Assembly: GCF_018977255.1 (NCBI RefSeq)
Contig: NW_024704743.1
Span: 61,754,001-61,818,000, forward strand
From: Callorhinchus milii
Taxonomy: Eukaryota
Length of the DNA: 64,000 nt
Direction of reading: 5' to 3'
This document shows, in pieces, positions 11,607 through 25,290 of this stretch. The notes under the pieces are model-generated. The model was not told where the DNA came from, searched no databases, and saw only the letters and a program-made list of their open reading frames with translations. The stretch's first letter is position 1; each line of letters begins with the position of its first letter. A program made the translations under genes and the position numbers.

Positions 11607-11912
11607 GGAGTCCTGTAGCTCAGTGGTTAGAGCGCTCGCCTCGCAAGCAATAGACCTGGGTTTGATTGCCGGCAGGACCAAATCTTGGGCAAATTTCCTT
11701 ACTCCACAGGCCTGATAATAGTCCCTCAAGAAAAAAAAAATTGCTCACTTCAATCCACGACTGTATGTGGGACATTGCTGTGCGCAATTGGCTGCCGCGT
11801 TTCGCCCACAAGAAATATAGTCAATTCACTTTACAATATATTCTGTGAAGCGCTTTGAGGCGTCTAGAAAATGTGAAAAGGGCTATATCAAATGGAAGGA
11901 TTATTATCATTA
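11607..11912 (+). mobile_element. SINE family A, full length, short subtype
   Basis: GGAGTCCTGTAGCTCAGTGGTTAGAGCGCTCGCC head; lacks the internal CTGTTTACCTAGCAG segment; L2-like tail. Confidence 0.9.
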
Positions 11913-12831
11913 CATAGAATTACACTGAATATTACAGCAGCAAAACAGGCCATTCCTTAATTGTGAATCCTGTAGGAATTTCTGTCGACCCATGGAAACT
12001 CGACATGAACAAATAATCCATGCCAGTGCTTATAATCCACATAAGACTTCATCCTTCCTAATCTCCTCTCCTATATCTCGCTTCCTTTCTCTCTCATGTA
12101 TTCAGGATTGAAGATGCTGTACAAAAATACAACTCTTAAAGGATTAATGACATTACTTAGATAGCAATCTCTTATAAATAAAACATTGAGGGAACTGCAA
12201 TCACCTCTCCCAGAAGAACTGAGTTTATTTTCCCAAACTTAGTAATAGTTGTAGATATATCTCATCAATGAAAGGTTAAGATTGGTCACCACAATCTCTT
12301 AAAGGGCCTTGATTGCAAACAATGTTGTGAACAGGATATAGTTATCACATCACATATGACAAAAAAAATCAGGCACTAAGACAAATGCAAAGATTATTAT
12401 TATCACAAAAGTCCCCCAAATTATTGAACAGTAATGAAAAATTATTAAACTGTAATAGACACAGACTGGTGCAGAGGAACGACAGACTGGTGCAGAGATA
12501 CTAATGTGCCAGTCCTTCAGTTGGCCTTTCAGAATGGCTCCTTGCTGTAGGAACTCAACAGGTAGTAACATAACAACACTCCTAGCACACCTGATATATT
12601 GCAATATAAAAGGTAATGCGTTCTGATAGCTTTTCAGCAAGAACAATTTGGCTTTTAATCACGGTACTGGGATCATGTCTATTTGGTAAAGGGACTATAA
12701 TCAAATGAAAACTAAAGGCTCTTCCTGAAGAATGGTCAAATTAGTCCCAGTCTGCAGTCAAGTTTCCCTCACAACCCTGGGACTGAGTTCCTGTTGGTTC
12801 AACCTTCTGCCATTAAGGACAGTGTTTAAGA

Positions 12832-13700
12832 ACAACAACAACAGAAACTCACATTAAGAGACTTTCATGTTGGAAAGACTCTCAGAGCACATTACACAAC
12901 TGGAAGGGGGTTGGGGGGAAGAACGGTGGCTGAAAGCACGGTTGAATACATAGATCTTTAGGCGGGTTTTGAAGATGGAGAGGGAAGAGTAAGATGGAAT
13001 GATTCCAGGATGGAGTTCCAGAGCGAAATGGTTGAAGGCTTACTCATTGATAGTAAGGTGGAGAGAGTTGGGGACATGAAGCAGTAGGGAGTGGTTGGTG
13101 TAGTAGGGTTGCAGCAAGTTACAGATATGCGGGAGAGATCATGAGCTGGAGAGTTCTGGATAGTCTACAGATTTTGTAGGAAAGAACTGGGCCATTTGGT
13201 GCTTAAATCAATGCTTGGAGGCAACAAGGCTCTCAACAGCTTGGGGGAGAGGGAGAGTCCTGATCCCTGACTGTCCAGCACCTTGGGACGTCCTCCCGAC
13301 TTAAAAGGCGCACTATAAATGTAAATTTGTTGTTGTTGTTGTAGTGGTAGAATAAGATCAATGCAGACAGCAACTGAGGTAAGCAGAAAAGCCTTACCTG
13401 CATTGAGCTATAGAGAGTGAAAACTCATCCAGGACCTGATGTCTGACAGGCAATCAGTCAGAAAAATGATGGCCCTCAAATCGAGGGTAGCCATTGGAGG
13501 AAACAAAGTCAAGATGCTGGGATAAGCAAGAGTGAAAGCGGAAAGGGCAGAGCCATAGAGGTGTTACAGAGAAGAGAGATGGAGGATAATACGGAAGGTG
13601 GCAGAGAGATTGAGGATGACAAGGAGATGGGGGAGAACCCTGGTAACAGATGGAGAGAATATAATTGATGGCTTTCCCCAGCTTGACGTCAAGATCTGTC
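12832..13700 (-). mobile_element. Fragmented L2 LINE (with a + strand L2 tail at about 13255-13343)
   Basis: (CAA)n start; antisense L2 motifs such as ACTCATCCAGGACCTGATGTCTGACAG and GCTGGAGAGTTCTGGAT. Confidence 0.65.
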
Positions 13701-14175
13701 ACTTTTTGGTGCTCCGATATACTACATGCTGCCTAAGGGCAATATATAAATGCAAGTTATTGTTTCACCAGAACAGGAAAAAATTGCTAATCGTGTATCT
13801 GTTTGCATAAAAATACTATGCGTAACAGCAATTAACTGTGAAGTGCTATGACAATTTTCGACAGTATAGACACTACATCAAATACATTTCTGATTGTTAT
13901 ATTCTCACAGAACCTTAATTGGAAGTGAGAAAGCTGTTTATAATCAGTTCATGAAAGCTCATTATCCAGTGATGGCAAATCACAGAAGGTTCTTTCACAA
14001 GTATGGAAGACAAAAAACTTTTAAGTCAGCACAAACATATCCCAGGTGCACAAACAGATGACAAGAATAAAGCTGAGAGGGATTAAATGCATTCAAAGGG
14101 ATCAAAACCAATTAAGGAGAATAACAGATGTATATTGATGCTGATTGACGTGAAGGTGAGGGTCATTGAACAGAA

Positions 14176-14492
14176 AATAATAATTAATAATAATAATCCT
14201 TGCACTGATATAAAGCTTTCCACATTTTCTAGACGTCTCAAAGTGCTTCACAGAATATGCTCTAAAGTGAATTGACTGTATATTTGTGGGCGAAATGCAG
14301 CAGCCAATTGCGCACAGCAGTGTCCCACAAACAGTCGTGGATTGAAAATGACCAATTTATTATTGTTTTTGTTTTGGAGGGATTATTATTAGGCATGTGG
14401 AGTAAGGAAACTTGCCCAAGGTTTCGCTCTGCCTGGAATTGAGCCCAGGTGTCTCGCTTGCCCTTGCTCTAACCACTGAGCTACAGGACTCC
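14176..14492 (-). mobile_element. SINE family A, short subtype
   Basis: Ends CTAACCACTGAGCTACAGGACTCC (reverse complement of the head); (AAT)n tail. Confidence 0.9.
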
Positions 14493-16117
14493 ATGTGCAT
14501 ATGCAATGCAAGGATGTCTGTTGCAAAAGCTACAGAAAGAAAAGGATTTAGGATCATGTCAAGTCCTTTCATTATGGCACAGTTACTGACAATCATAAAC
14601 GCTGCCCAGGCAATGTGAAGCTATCAACAACTTGCACAATACAGCTCTTTTAACATAGAAGAAGATCCTGGCGTACTTTACCAGGGCAGTGCAGGACTGA
14701 GCATAAATAAATATTAATATGGATCTTAACATTTTCTTTTAGTTACATTGCAAAGCATTGGTAAACTTGTCCAACAGTGGCTACCCATCAGGGTATATAA
14801 GCTTATTCACTTACAACAACTCAGTCACTAAGAGGAATGCTCCTGGTAACCAGAGACAAGACAATTATAACTTAAGTTCTGGTAATCAAAATGTTGCACT
14901 ATAATCTACTTTTGGTATTCTGAAGGTTTGAATTTTGTGAGTAAACCGTGAGGTGCCACTGTTTACTCTAGGATTCCCCGTCGGAAGCTGAGTTGTTTTG
15001 CAGAATCCCATCCCGAATGTCTATTTTTTCAACCATATGTTCCACACATCTGTGACTCAGATATCAAATTATCAATTCTTTCAGTGTGTTACCTTAACAA
15101 AAAGCTCCAGTGAGACAATGCCCTCCTCTTCTCTCCATCCCCCCCCCCAACCTCCGCTGCAGGAAGATAGTTACAAGTTTGTCTCAGATAACTGGCAAGC
15201 ATTGATTTGAGCTCTTGCTAGGGTTAACAAGTACCAACATAACAAGAACTCTTCTCCAGCGGAATAGTGAGTAACACAATCCATTAAGTGTGGGAGTGAA
15301 TCACCTTTCACTACCGTGTAAGTATTCATGCATAACTGTACACATCTATTACTACTTATCAATGTACATATGAGGCCACACATTCAGATTATTTGGTTCC
15401 ATGTACAGTAATGAATGTGGTGAATCCTTTTCAGCAAGGTGTATTACTACAATAGTAGTAATAGTAATAATAGTAATAATATAGTAATACAATACATCAA
15501 TAGTGTATTACTGATAGAGTATTACTGATACACTAATCTGCCTAACCATATTGTGTGTTCAGACACGACTGAAAGGTCAGTTCACTGGAGCGCAGGAAGA
15601 TCAAGGATCAATCACATCAGAAGGCCTAGACATAAAACAGTATTTACAGAAGCAAACATAGATGAAAGAAGATGAAAAACTAGCCTGAGTAAACCAGAGA
15701 AACAGATACATCATAGGAAAGTATAGGCTTGACCATTCATTTCCACTGAGCCTTTATATCATGTTTAGATGATCCTGCAAACACCAATTATTTGCAGAAA
15801 CTGTTGTAATTCCAAGTCAATTAGAACTACAAGAGGATGATTTTCTTGAAGGTGTGATGTAGGAATTGTTTCTCTGCCTCTCTAGACTAATTTGTAGTAC
15901 AGAAAGCAGAGTCAGTCAATATCTCCACCATATCTTAAAGTAGTCAGTCTTCAGATTGGATGATTACATCTAAAACTACAACAGCAGTCAAAGTTGTTAA
16001 TTGTAGATTGCTTCCTGAATATTACTTGTACGTCCCACAATAAGGGTCTTTGTTAATTAACTTGCAGTTTTCCACATTAGAATTCTTTTTTGTAAAAACA
16101 GGTTTATTTGATACTGT

Positions 16118-16450
16118 AATAATAACAATAATAATCCTTGCATTTGATGTAGCACGTTATCGCGTCTTCACAGATTATACTGCAAAGTGAATTGACTGTG
16201 TATTTTGTGTGCCAAACGCGGCAGCCAAATGCAAACAGCGGTGTCCCACAAACATTCATGGATTGAATGACCAAATTATTATTATTTTTTAAATGTATTG
16301 GTGTTTTGAAGGGATTATTGCCCCGGAAACATGATCCATTAATCCACTAACAACCGGGTTCCCACAAAGCGCTAGATAAACAGAGGCATGTGGAGTAAGG
16401 AAATTCACCCAACATTTCGCCCTGACCGGGAATCGAACCCAGATCTCTCA
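16118..16450 (-). mobile_element. SINE family A, long subtype, head truncated
   Basis: CCGGGAATCGAACCC (reverse complement of the B-box); body and tail present. Confidence 0.85.
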
Positions 16451-16972
16451 CTTACTGTACTAATTAAAGCGGCTTCTTTTTGTACAAAGCAATTTTGGAT
16501 TTGCAAGTTACTTAAAATATTTGAATTCAGATTCTCTCTCTCGCTCTCTGTTTATACAATTATGCCCTTCAAATTTTAAAATAAGGAAAATAAAGTTATA
16601 GAAATGTAATGTTGAGTGCCTTTTAATGATTAACTGCATGAGAATTGCGAGTAAGATATCAATGCATTTTTGGAGAGCGTGAGAGGATTTATGGATAAAT
16701 GTTTCACTTTAAAATCATCTTGTTCCACTTATTTACCCTTTATTAAGGAATAAAAACTTGTATGTGCATATTTATATGTTATTTATATGAATGTATCTAT
16801 GTGCGTATAGGTAATATATTCTTTGTGTATATATTTGAAGTGAATATTTATGCCTTTGTATGTTCTCTACCGTACATGAATTCAGGCATGACTGTATCTC
16901 AATTATAACTTGTCAATGTACATGGTTCTGTACTGCCAAATATAATCATTTATGTATTTTTTTTCTTTTTAG

Positions 16973-17104
16973 CAAGTCATATCATGTAGGTGTAAATGAG
17001 AAGGTAGAGTAATCATGCAGATGAATATTGAGTAACCATGCTGCATGGATGAGGAGCCCGGCATCTATTCTGCATTGTTGCACAGAAATGAACGCAAAGT
17101 GGAG
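16973..17104 (+). other. Candidate spliced exon (non-coding, or first coding exon MDEEPGIYSALLHRNERKVE from 17045)
   Basis: Long polypyrimidine tract plus AG (16971-16972) and consensus donor GAG|GTAAGT in non-repetitive sequence; no recognisable protein. Confidence 0.3.
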
Positions 17105-18229
17105 GTAAGTCTTATAAATACAAAAATACTACAATATTCGACTGAAGAGACATTTTTAATAGAAATTTGAACAAATGAGTGAATCATTGTACCTCCAGCG
17201 ACCCACTCAGCATCCTACACCATATAATCATGTCTGCTCATCACCGATGTGCATTTCTGCTGCCTCTACCTGCTGGAAAGTTAGCTCACTGGGATCTCAG
17301 ATTCAAATCCACTCGGCCGGCCAAATGTCTCTTGTAACAGCAAGTGCAACAATGTGTTCTAACACAGGGGAGGAAATCAGGTCAATAATGAATGGCTGAA
17401 ACAGTGAGAGGTCTGTATCCCATAGAGAGAGTACCGGTTAATATGGCTTGGAAAGTTCAGGTATAACCAGAGGGATTCTCTGCCTGAATTCCATATTGGA
17501 ATGTCGACTGCATCCCAGGCGTGAAATATCATCCAGGAGGGCAGAAGTGCAGATGGGCCGATTGTGTTAGAAGCGATTTCACTGTGCACCGGATGGAAGC
17601 CAAGCACTGTTCCCAGAATAGAATGCAGCAGATTATTTGTAGGTCAAACTGGTCTGCTTTTCCCTCGTGAGCAACAAACAGGTTTTCATCATAATTATTC
17701 TTGTTCCTCCAAAATTTTGATCCGGTCATAATAAGATTACCTTTTTCAGGATTTATTCATTAGTTGCTTTAGTTGAAAACAATCTTACCTATTACTATAA
17801 TCTGTTTTACTGTATGATTTAATGCTGATAATATTTTAAATGCACAGTAGAGTCATGTTCAGTGCAATAGGTCAGAGCCCAAAAACATTACATAAAAAGC
17901 ATGAGAGAATATTGTCTGCCAAACCTGTTGTGGATAAGCTGCCAACCTAGCATTGCATTAGCTGCAGTGTACTGGGTAATGAACAAATCAGACTTCAATA
18001 TGGGACAGATTATATTGAAGAACATTCTGACAAGATATAAATGAGGAACTTTATTTTCAATTTTTATATTAACAAAATAAATCCAGCTCCTTTGTCCAAG
18101 TGAAATTTAGAATAGAATTCAGTGACTAAAAATATCAGCAGGAACATTTGTGCATACATTTCTCACAGTGCTGTTATGTTATTCATTTTTTAATATATAT
18201 TTATATATTTATTATTAGCAATAATATTA

Positions 18230-18520
18230 TTGATAATAATAATCCTTACATTTGGTGTAACCTTTTCAAATCAGTCTCAAAGTGCTTCTCGGGTAAAGTG
18301 GAATGACTGTGCATTTGTAGGCGAACCTCACAGTGCATTTGTGCACTGCAATATCCCACAAACAGCCATGAAGTAAATGATCAATGACCAACATCCACCT
18401 GATGGGCAGACAGACCTCAGTTTAACATCTCATCGAAAGACAGCAGCTTGGACAGTGCCAAACCTCCAGGACTGCACAGGTGTGTCAGCCTAGACTGTGT
18501 AAATTCAAATTCCTGACGTG
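18230..18520 (-). mobile_element. SINE family B
   Basis: CCCACAAACAGCCATG...CCTCAGTTTAACATCTCATCGAAAGAC...GTGTCAGCCTAGAC. Confidence 0.75.
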
Positions 18521-18962
18521 AAAATATATGAAATAGTTGTAAAGCATAAACAAAATGTTTTCTTTTATTAATGGTGAGGAATTTGTTTAAAACATTTTAG
18601 TACAGGGAGTCATTCATACATACCATGTAGTGTATATATTGATGTGGGCAAGTGCTATTCTTCTCAGTTCACTGCATTGGGAATTTGCTCCAATTTTAAA
18701 GTATAAATAACATGAAATTAAAGGTGTAATGTCAGTATCATTTGAGATTTTCAAGAAGGAAACCAATGGACATTTGTGAAGTAGGAGTATTAAAGAGGAT
18801 GGAGAAAAGACAGAGAAATAAGATTTAATAAGTTAAATGGCTGCCATGAACCAATAAAACTAGAATCACCTTTGTGATTTATCTTGTTATAATGTACTGG
18901 AGAGAAGATAGAATAAACTACTGTACGCACACCAATTCACAAACTGAACGGAATTAAGACTC

Positions 18963-19572
18963 ACAATAACAATACAATACAAAATTACATTTGTATAGCG
19001 CCTTTCACATTGGGAGGACGTCCCATGGAGTTGGACAGTCACGGATTTGGACCTGAGCAGGGCAGATGGGATCAGGGTGGAGGGCAGGGAGGGTAGGGGT
19101 AGGAGGGTAGTCGAAGGCATGGTCAAAGAGGACACTATTGAGACATGCTTTAAATGAGGCAAGGGAAGGAGCGAGGTGAAAGGAATTTAGGATGGCATTC
19201 CAAATGATGGGGGCAGAGAGGGTGAAGTCCTGACTGCTGATGGTGGGGTGGGGTGGGCAGAGCTGGGGCTATGGAGGAGGCCAGATCATGCTGAGCGGAG
19301 GGAGCGGATAAGTTAATATTGGGTCGGCAGGTCACAGAGAAAGGGAGGGGCAAGGCAGTGGAGGGCCTTGAAGATGAGGACTAGGATTTTGAACTCTATT
19401 CACTGAGGGATGGGGAGTCAGTGGAGCAGGGCGAGGGAGGGGGTGATAGGATCACGGAGCCTGGTGCGAGAGAGTGCATGAGCTGCAGAGTTCTGGATGA
19501 TCTGCAGCTTGTGGAGGGAAGAGCTGATAAGAAGGGAGTTGGCGTAGTCGAGCCAAGATGTGATGAATGCAC
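18963..19572 (-). mobile_element. L2 LINE 3' fragment, (TTGTA)n tail
   Basis: Antisense AFITSWLDYANSLL...KLQIIQNSAA-type L2 ORF2 C-terminal motifs; homologous to 51960-52905. Confidence 0.9.
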
Positions 19573-19697
19573 CTAGGGTTGAAATGCCTGACAGTTTTCA
19601 GGAAAGAATCAGTAAAGCTCTAATTGGAAATACTATAGTTTTACAATCTTGAAGTTCTTTGGGGAATAGTGGCAGAACTTGTAAATAAATAAATTGT

Positions 19698-20213
19698 GGA
19701 GTCCAGTAGTATAGTTCTCAAGACCTTCCTCTTTGACCGCGCCTTCAGCCTCCCTGCTACCCTCCCTGCCCTCCTCCCCTCCTGATCCCAAACCCCCTGC
19801 TCAGGTCTAAATCCCTGACTGTCCAGCGCCTTGGGACATCCTCTTGATGTGAATGGCGCTCTACAAATGTAATTGGTTGTTGTTGTTGTAGTGGTTACGC
19901 ACTTGCCTCACAAGCGAGCGGACCCGGGTTCAATTCCTAGGCAGGACAAACCTCTAGGCAAGTTTCCTTACTTCAAATGCTCAGTTTATCGAGCAATAAG
20001 CAGGAACATGGTTGTTAGTGAATGAGTGGATCGCTTTCTGGGGTAATAAACCGTCCAAAAAAAAAAGTAGTCACTCAATCCACAACTGTCAGCAATTACC
20101 TTCCGCATTTCGTCCACAAAATACGCAGTCAAGCCACTTTATAATATATTCTGTGAAGCACTTTGAGATGTCTCAATGACCTGATAAGGCGCTTTATCAA
20201 TGCAAGAATTAGT
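19698..20213 (+). mobile_element. SINE family A (long subtype) with an L2 3' end inserted at 19716-19888
   Basis: GGAGTCCAGTAGTATAGT | L2 tail ending (TTG)n | TAGTGGTTACGC...GGGTTCAATTCC. Confidence 0.9.
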
Positions 20214-20719
20214 ACATTAAATTATTACATTATTATAAGGAATCTTCTCCATATTATATAAAGGAATAATTTTGATGTATGTAGTTAATGTTCTGAACAT
20301 AAAAATGAAAGATTCAAAATTGGACATATTTTCCTATTTGGAAAATCAGAGAATATTATCTCATTAAAAGTATATGTTGACTAACTGACCCATCAGTGAG
20401 TGATGGCAGAACTATTCATTCACAGCTCAAGAATAGAAAGACAATATAGTTGCACAAATTTTAATTTGGAAATAATCAATTTTTGGGGGGTCTCGTATCT
20501 TTCCTCCTCAAGGTGCTGACTCTCAGAAACATGGTCATATTCAGTTATGAAGGGGACCGTACTTTAGCCAAGATTGGTTCGAGGGGATCTGCTTTAAAGC
20601 ACTTTGAGATGTTCATCTTATATGAACAGTCCTATATACATACATGTAAGTTGCTGTTATCACACAGACAATCATTCTTAATGAGTGAATCTAAACACTA
20701 AGTTGCAGGAGGTTACTTG

Positions 20720-20952
20720 ACTGGGATGGGGAGAGGGCAAGGAGGCATTACAGCCCGCCTGATCCTGTCTTCAACCATACTCACCACATATTTATCTTTC
20801 AGGAGATGTCTCTGCACACTTGTCAAGAGCAGGATTCTGTTCTTTCGCTAAAACAGGGAAAACATTAGCAGTACAAATGCTGCCAGTCTGAGCTCGGATA
20901 ACTCAGTAAAGATTTGGATTTAAACCTGTGAACTTGTCTATATGGCTTAGTG
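20720..20952 (-). mobile_element. Old SINE family C fragment
   Basis: Reverse complement CTAAGCCATATAGACAAG..CACAGGTTTAAATCC...CTGAGTTATCCGAGCTCAG; similar to sequence at 56560-57010. Confidence 0.45.
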
Positions 20953-22820
20953 GGAAATAGTGGGAAAGTAAACATGACTAATCCAGGCTAGGCATATGAT
21001 ACTGGAAATAGGAACAAGCTCCAGATCTACCCTCTGAGGAGTTGCAATGGAACGGCATGAAGATGCTAGATAATCAACAGCAGGTCACAATGTTTTTTCT
21101 GTTACTCATATTCCATACAGGGAGAAAGGTGGCCAAAAGGGTGGTCAAAAAAAAAGGTCTTAAGGTGAGTTTTGAAGATGGAGAAGGAGTACAGGGACTC
21201 TCAAATGGAGTTCCAAAGAGCAGGGGTGCAACAGCTGAAGTTCACCCATTGATGATGGGATGGCACGGGCCCAGGACGTGAAGCAGGCTGGAAGATTATT
21301 ATTGGTCTTATAGAGGGAATGAGGATAGGTTGAAGCTCATGTGGCATATAAACACCAGTATGGACTAGCTGGACTAAATGACTTGTTTCAGGGCTGTAGT
21401 CTAGGTAGGTTAGCTACACATTAACAACAAACAGAACTTTTGTCTTTCAATTATAGGAAAATAGCAGGAACTCAAAAGAATAGCAGTACCTTTCTTGGTC
21501 TGGCCAACAACAAAACCATTAATCACTCTTATCATTCTTTGTTCCAAGTCTCACAGAATCTACCTATGACGGACCAGTTTCCATGACACCAGAACCTTTG
21601 AGCACTATCACAAAACATTACTTGAAGCACCATTTGTCATCCCAATTAGTGCTATTGAACCACTGCTACATGAAAAATAAAGACACTGTTTTTGACACAT
21701 GTAGACTATCAGAAATAGCATATGAGAGGAGTTAATACCATCATGTGTTTGGCAATAATAATAATCATAATAATAGTAATCTTTATATTCAATATAGTAC
21801 CTTTCAAGTCAGGCGGGCATCTCAAGCACTTCACGGGATATATCACAAAGTGTTGCATCTATTTAGGGCCTTTCATGTAAATTTCAACATTTCAAAGCAT
21901 ATTAAAAAATAAAATTTCTTTGAAATGGTGAATAATATGTCAACAAATACAGCAGCTAACCTTCATCAACAACAACAGAGAGATAAGCAGTCAAATTAAT
22001 CGACAAATGTTTTACATCTGTGCTGTAATTACAATAATTCCCACAAATACTTTATAACATTTTGCCCATCGCATTTCTATGGAAACTAAGCTCTGTTCGC
22101 TGTATTATAATGGGGGTAATTTTCTTTTAAGTGCATATTTTACAACTTTCACCTTCGTTTTGACCTAATTTGTCAATGAATTACATATCTGCTGGTGTGT
22201 AGCCAGTGTAAACATTAGTTTGTAAGCTCTTCACACTGTCTAAAATTGTCCTATTACAGTAAACACAAACAAAATTCAAATTGTTCTCATCATACATTGC
22301 ATTTCCTCCTCCTGAGTGCAGTATAAACAATGGTAGTAAATCCATTTTACACTTAACATTGTTTTCCAATCAAAGCCGATTGAACTTCTGGGGCCAAATC
22401 CCATAATAATTTGTTCGAAGCATGCCCATCTTCATACCACTTGTGTGGTTTTAAACTCACATTCACTTAAGTTAAGTGACCTCAGAAACCAGGAGGCATC
22501 ACGGACTTGCAATTGCCTGCAATGCCTTTGGGTTATAAATGTATTCAGAGATCCTCTTCCTTTTGCTGTCCTGTCAGCCTTGCTGGAAAGAACATGTGTG
22601 TGGACATCAGTTGTGAGGGCGGATGGTACTCAGTTGCAATGGTACCACCATGGAATAGGCTGCTGACAATCACTGACTGTCTCCCTTACTTGGGCAAGGT
22701 TTCAGAGAACAATGAAGGTATGCAGAATCACACATCAGTATATGTTCATGCAGTGCAACTGCAGAGTCTGTACACAAGGTTCGAAATGCAAGTAGTTGTT
22801 GTTGTAGTTCTTGAATGCGA

Positions 22821-23095
22821 CCAACTGAGCCAGACTGACACACAGTGTTGCACACTCTTGCCTCTGAGTCGGAAGGTTGTGGGAGACTCAAGCCCCATGT
22901 CAGTACTTGGAACTCAAGTAGTCTAAGTTGACATTTCAAGGCAGTGCTGGGGGGTGTTGTGTTGGCGGAGGTGGTGTCCTTTGGATGAGATGTTAAACTG
23001 AGGTCCTGTCTGCCTATTCTGCCCGGTGGACATTAAAGATCCCAGGGCACTATTCGTAAAGAGAAGGGAGTTTCTCCTAGTGTCCTGATCAACTG
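22821..23095 (+). mobile_element. SINE family B with inverted 5' tip
   Basis: CCAACTGAGCCAGACTGACACAC (reverse complement of the head) precedes forward CACTCTTGCCTCTGAGTCGGAAGGTTGTGGG. Confidence 0.8.
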
Positions 23096-25261
23096 GAAGG
23101 AAGAAATGAAGAATCTTTATTGAATCTTTTGATTTTCAATGAACTCCAACTGAACTTCTGGGGCTAAATCCTACAATAACATCCCAGAAACATGTATATG
23201 TGGGAGGGAGAGGACATTTCAGCTTTAGTCTTGGAAAAACCATGGGAACAGATTTCATTTTAATTGCATATTCCCTTCATCCCATCTTTCTGGCTATTGT
23301 TGTGGAAACTCTCTTAGGAGAAGTGAACTCAGCGAAAGACATCTGGGCAGTCATAAGATAAAATAATTTTATTGCTCAATAAATGTGCCTTAAATATAGT
23401 ACAAATGCTAATATTGCATAATGTTTTGCATTATCATTGGGCACAAAACATGTTGCATATAAATGGATGAATTGGGCCATCTGATGCTTGTAGAATTCAA
23501 CTTCTTCAGACTGGGCAATCTATGAGAAGCTGAGCTATGGTTTTGTAAGCATTATTGAAAATGATCCCATATCATGTCACCTTGCAATAACATGCAATGA
23601 TGTATAGCCATGTATGACAATGTATGTAACTGTTAAAGTAGCATGTTTGTGGGAATAGCTCTGTTGTAACTGAGCTGCGGCCTCTGGGCATTTTAAGACA
23701 TAACCAGAAAATTGACAGATACTGTGAAGTGCAGGGCAATTAATTAAAAGCAATGAAATCAACAGTTCCAGGAGGTGATGAATGGTTACGTTTTAATCTG
23801 GATGGGAGGGAAGAGCATTGCCCCTCTGATAGATGGAATGAAAGAACTATCTTGATGCATAGTTCAACAGAGCGGTGTAAGAGAGGAGATTGCAATGAAC
23901 CTGACACCGTTTACTGAGAAGGAAGTATAATGAGAGAATTAAAAGAAAGTGACATAAAATCAAAGTTAATGGATAGTGGTGCTTATGGGCTATGACCAGC
24001 CAAAACCTACTGCACTCAGAACAAGTCTTGTGTATAACAAAACGATATAAAGGGGAGGAAAGGAGCAGCACTAAAGAATCAACCCAGGGCACACATGAGA
24101 GAGAAAGAAATAAAGTATGGGAAAGAGGGTTAGGAAAGTGGAGGTTCATGTGGAGTATAAATGGACTAGTTGGGCCGATTGACTTGTTTCCGTGCTGTAA
24201 CGGTCTGTGTAATTCATGTATAGAATATACAAGTAAGGAACACAGAGAAAATAATACTTGGGCCATTTTGCGCTAAATCACTGTGTAAGTCTGTAATTTT
24301 AATGTCTATATTGTATCAACAATTGCACTTAAAGCTATATTCAAATTAATTTTTTATTACATGATAATTTAAAAGCATGAAAGTCTTTGGTGCATTTCCT
24401 AGCACAGAGCTTAACATTGTTAAATTATTTTACTTCATAAAAGACAAACGAATAAAGTGTACTCTGTTGCAGATTAAAACTCTGTCTTCCCTGGCTCTGT
24501 TCCCCACAGCTGTTCCTCCCCGTTAGCTGGCCCCTTGATGGTGATAAAATAGAAACACAAGAAACTACATTTATATAGTGTTTCCTGATTTTGGCCAATG
24601 GAAAGTGGTGGAAACGTGAAATGAAAAGTTTTAACTGGGGCTTTCTCTATCTAGAATCAATTTCCTGGGGGAGGAGGGGGTGGGGAGTCACTGCAACCAG
24701 TCAGCTAAGCTTAGCTTCTCATCAAGTCCATTGAATGTGGTACTATCAGTGTCTCATGAGCCAGTTACTATGTCAGAGGTTCGGGTGATCCAGTGTTGCA
24801 GATCCCTTTAAAGTTCTCTGGTAGCCTAGGGCTCAAGTGTCTATCTGAATGTTCTGGCGCAGCAGTGGCTATTCATCAATCAGGGTTCCCTGGAGGTCTA
24901 ATCTTTGCGATGGTGACATTGTGACATATCAATGTTGAAGCACTTTAGACACTTACATGGCAATAAATGCCACGATTCATCATTCAAGTCACAAATACCG
25001 ATAAAGGACATTTTTAACTTTCCGCCAGCCTTACACTGAGACATCCAAACAGAAGGTCGTTGTCATTATTTAAATCTCCCTTCAGTCAGCACTGTACACA
25101 TTCCAGTGAACATGGCATCCTTTTCCAGTAAAGAAAGTAAAAAGAAAAATTGGAGTCAGAGAGGAGACAGAGAATCACAATTGTTTGTTCCTTTCAGGCA
25201 GTTCATAAATGTTAAAAGCACTATATTCAGAAGTAAATGTGTGGTACTAAGCCATGGGACC

Positions 25262-25290
25262 ATATATATAATATATATATATATATATAT
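25262..25290. repeat. (TA)n microsatellite
   Basis: Directly visible. Confidence 0.9.

Noticed and set aside
11607..11680. tRNA-Ala-like genes at the SINE heads (also 28138, 58143 and others)
   Set aside because: D, anticodon and T arms are present, but there is no 3' acceptor-stem strand and each continues into a SINE body.
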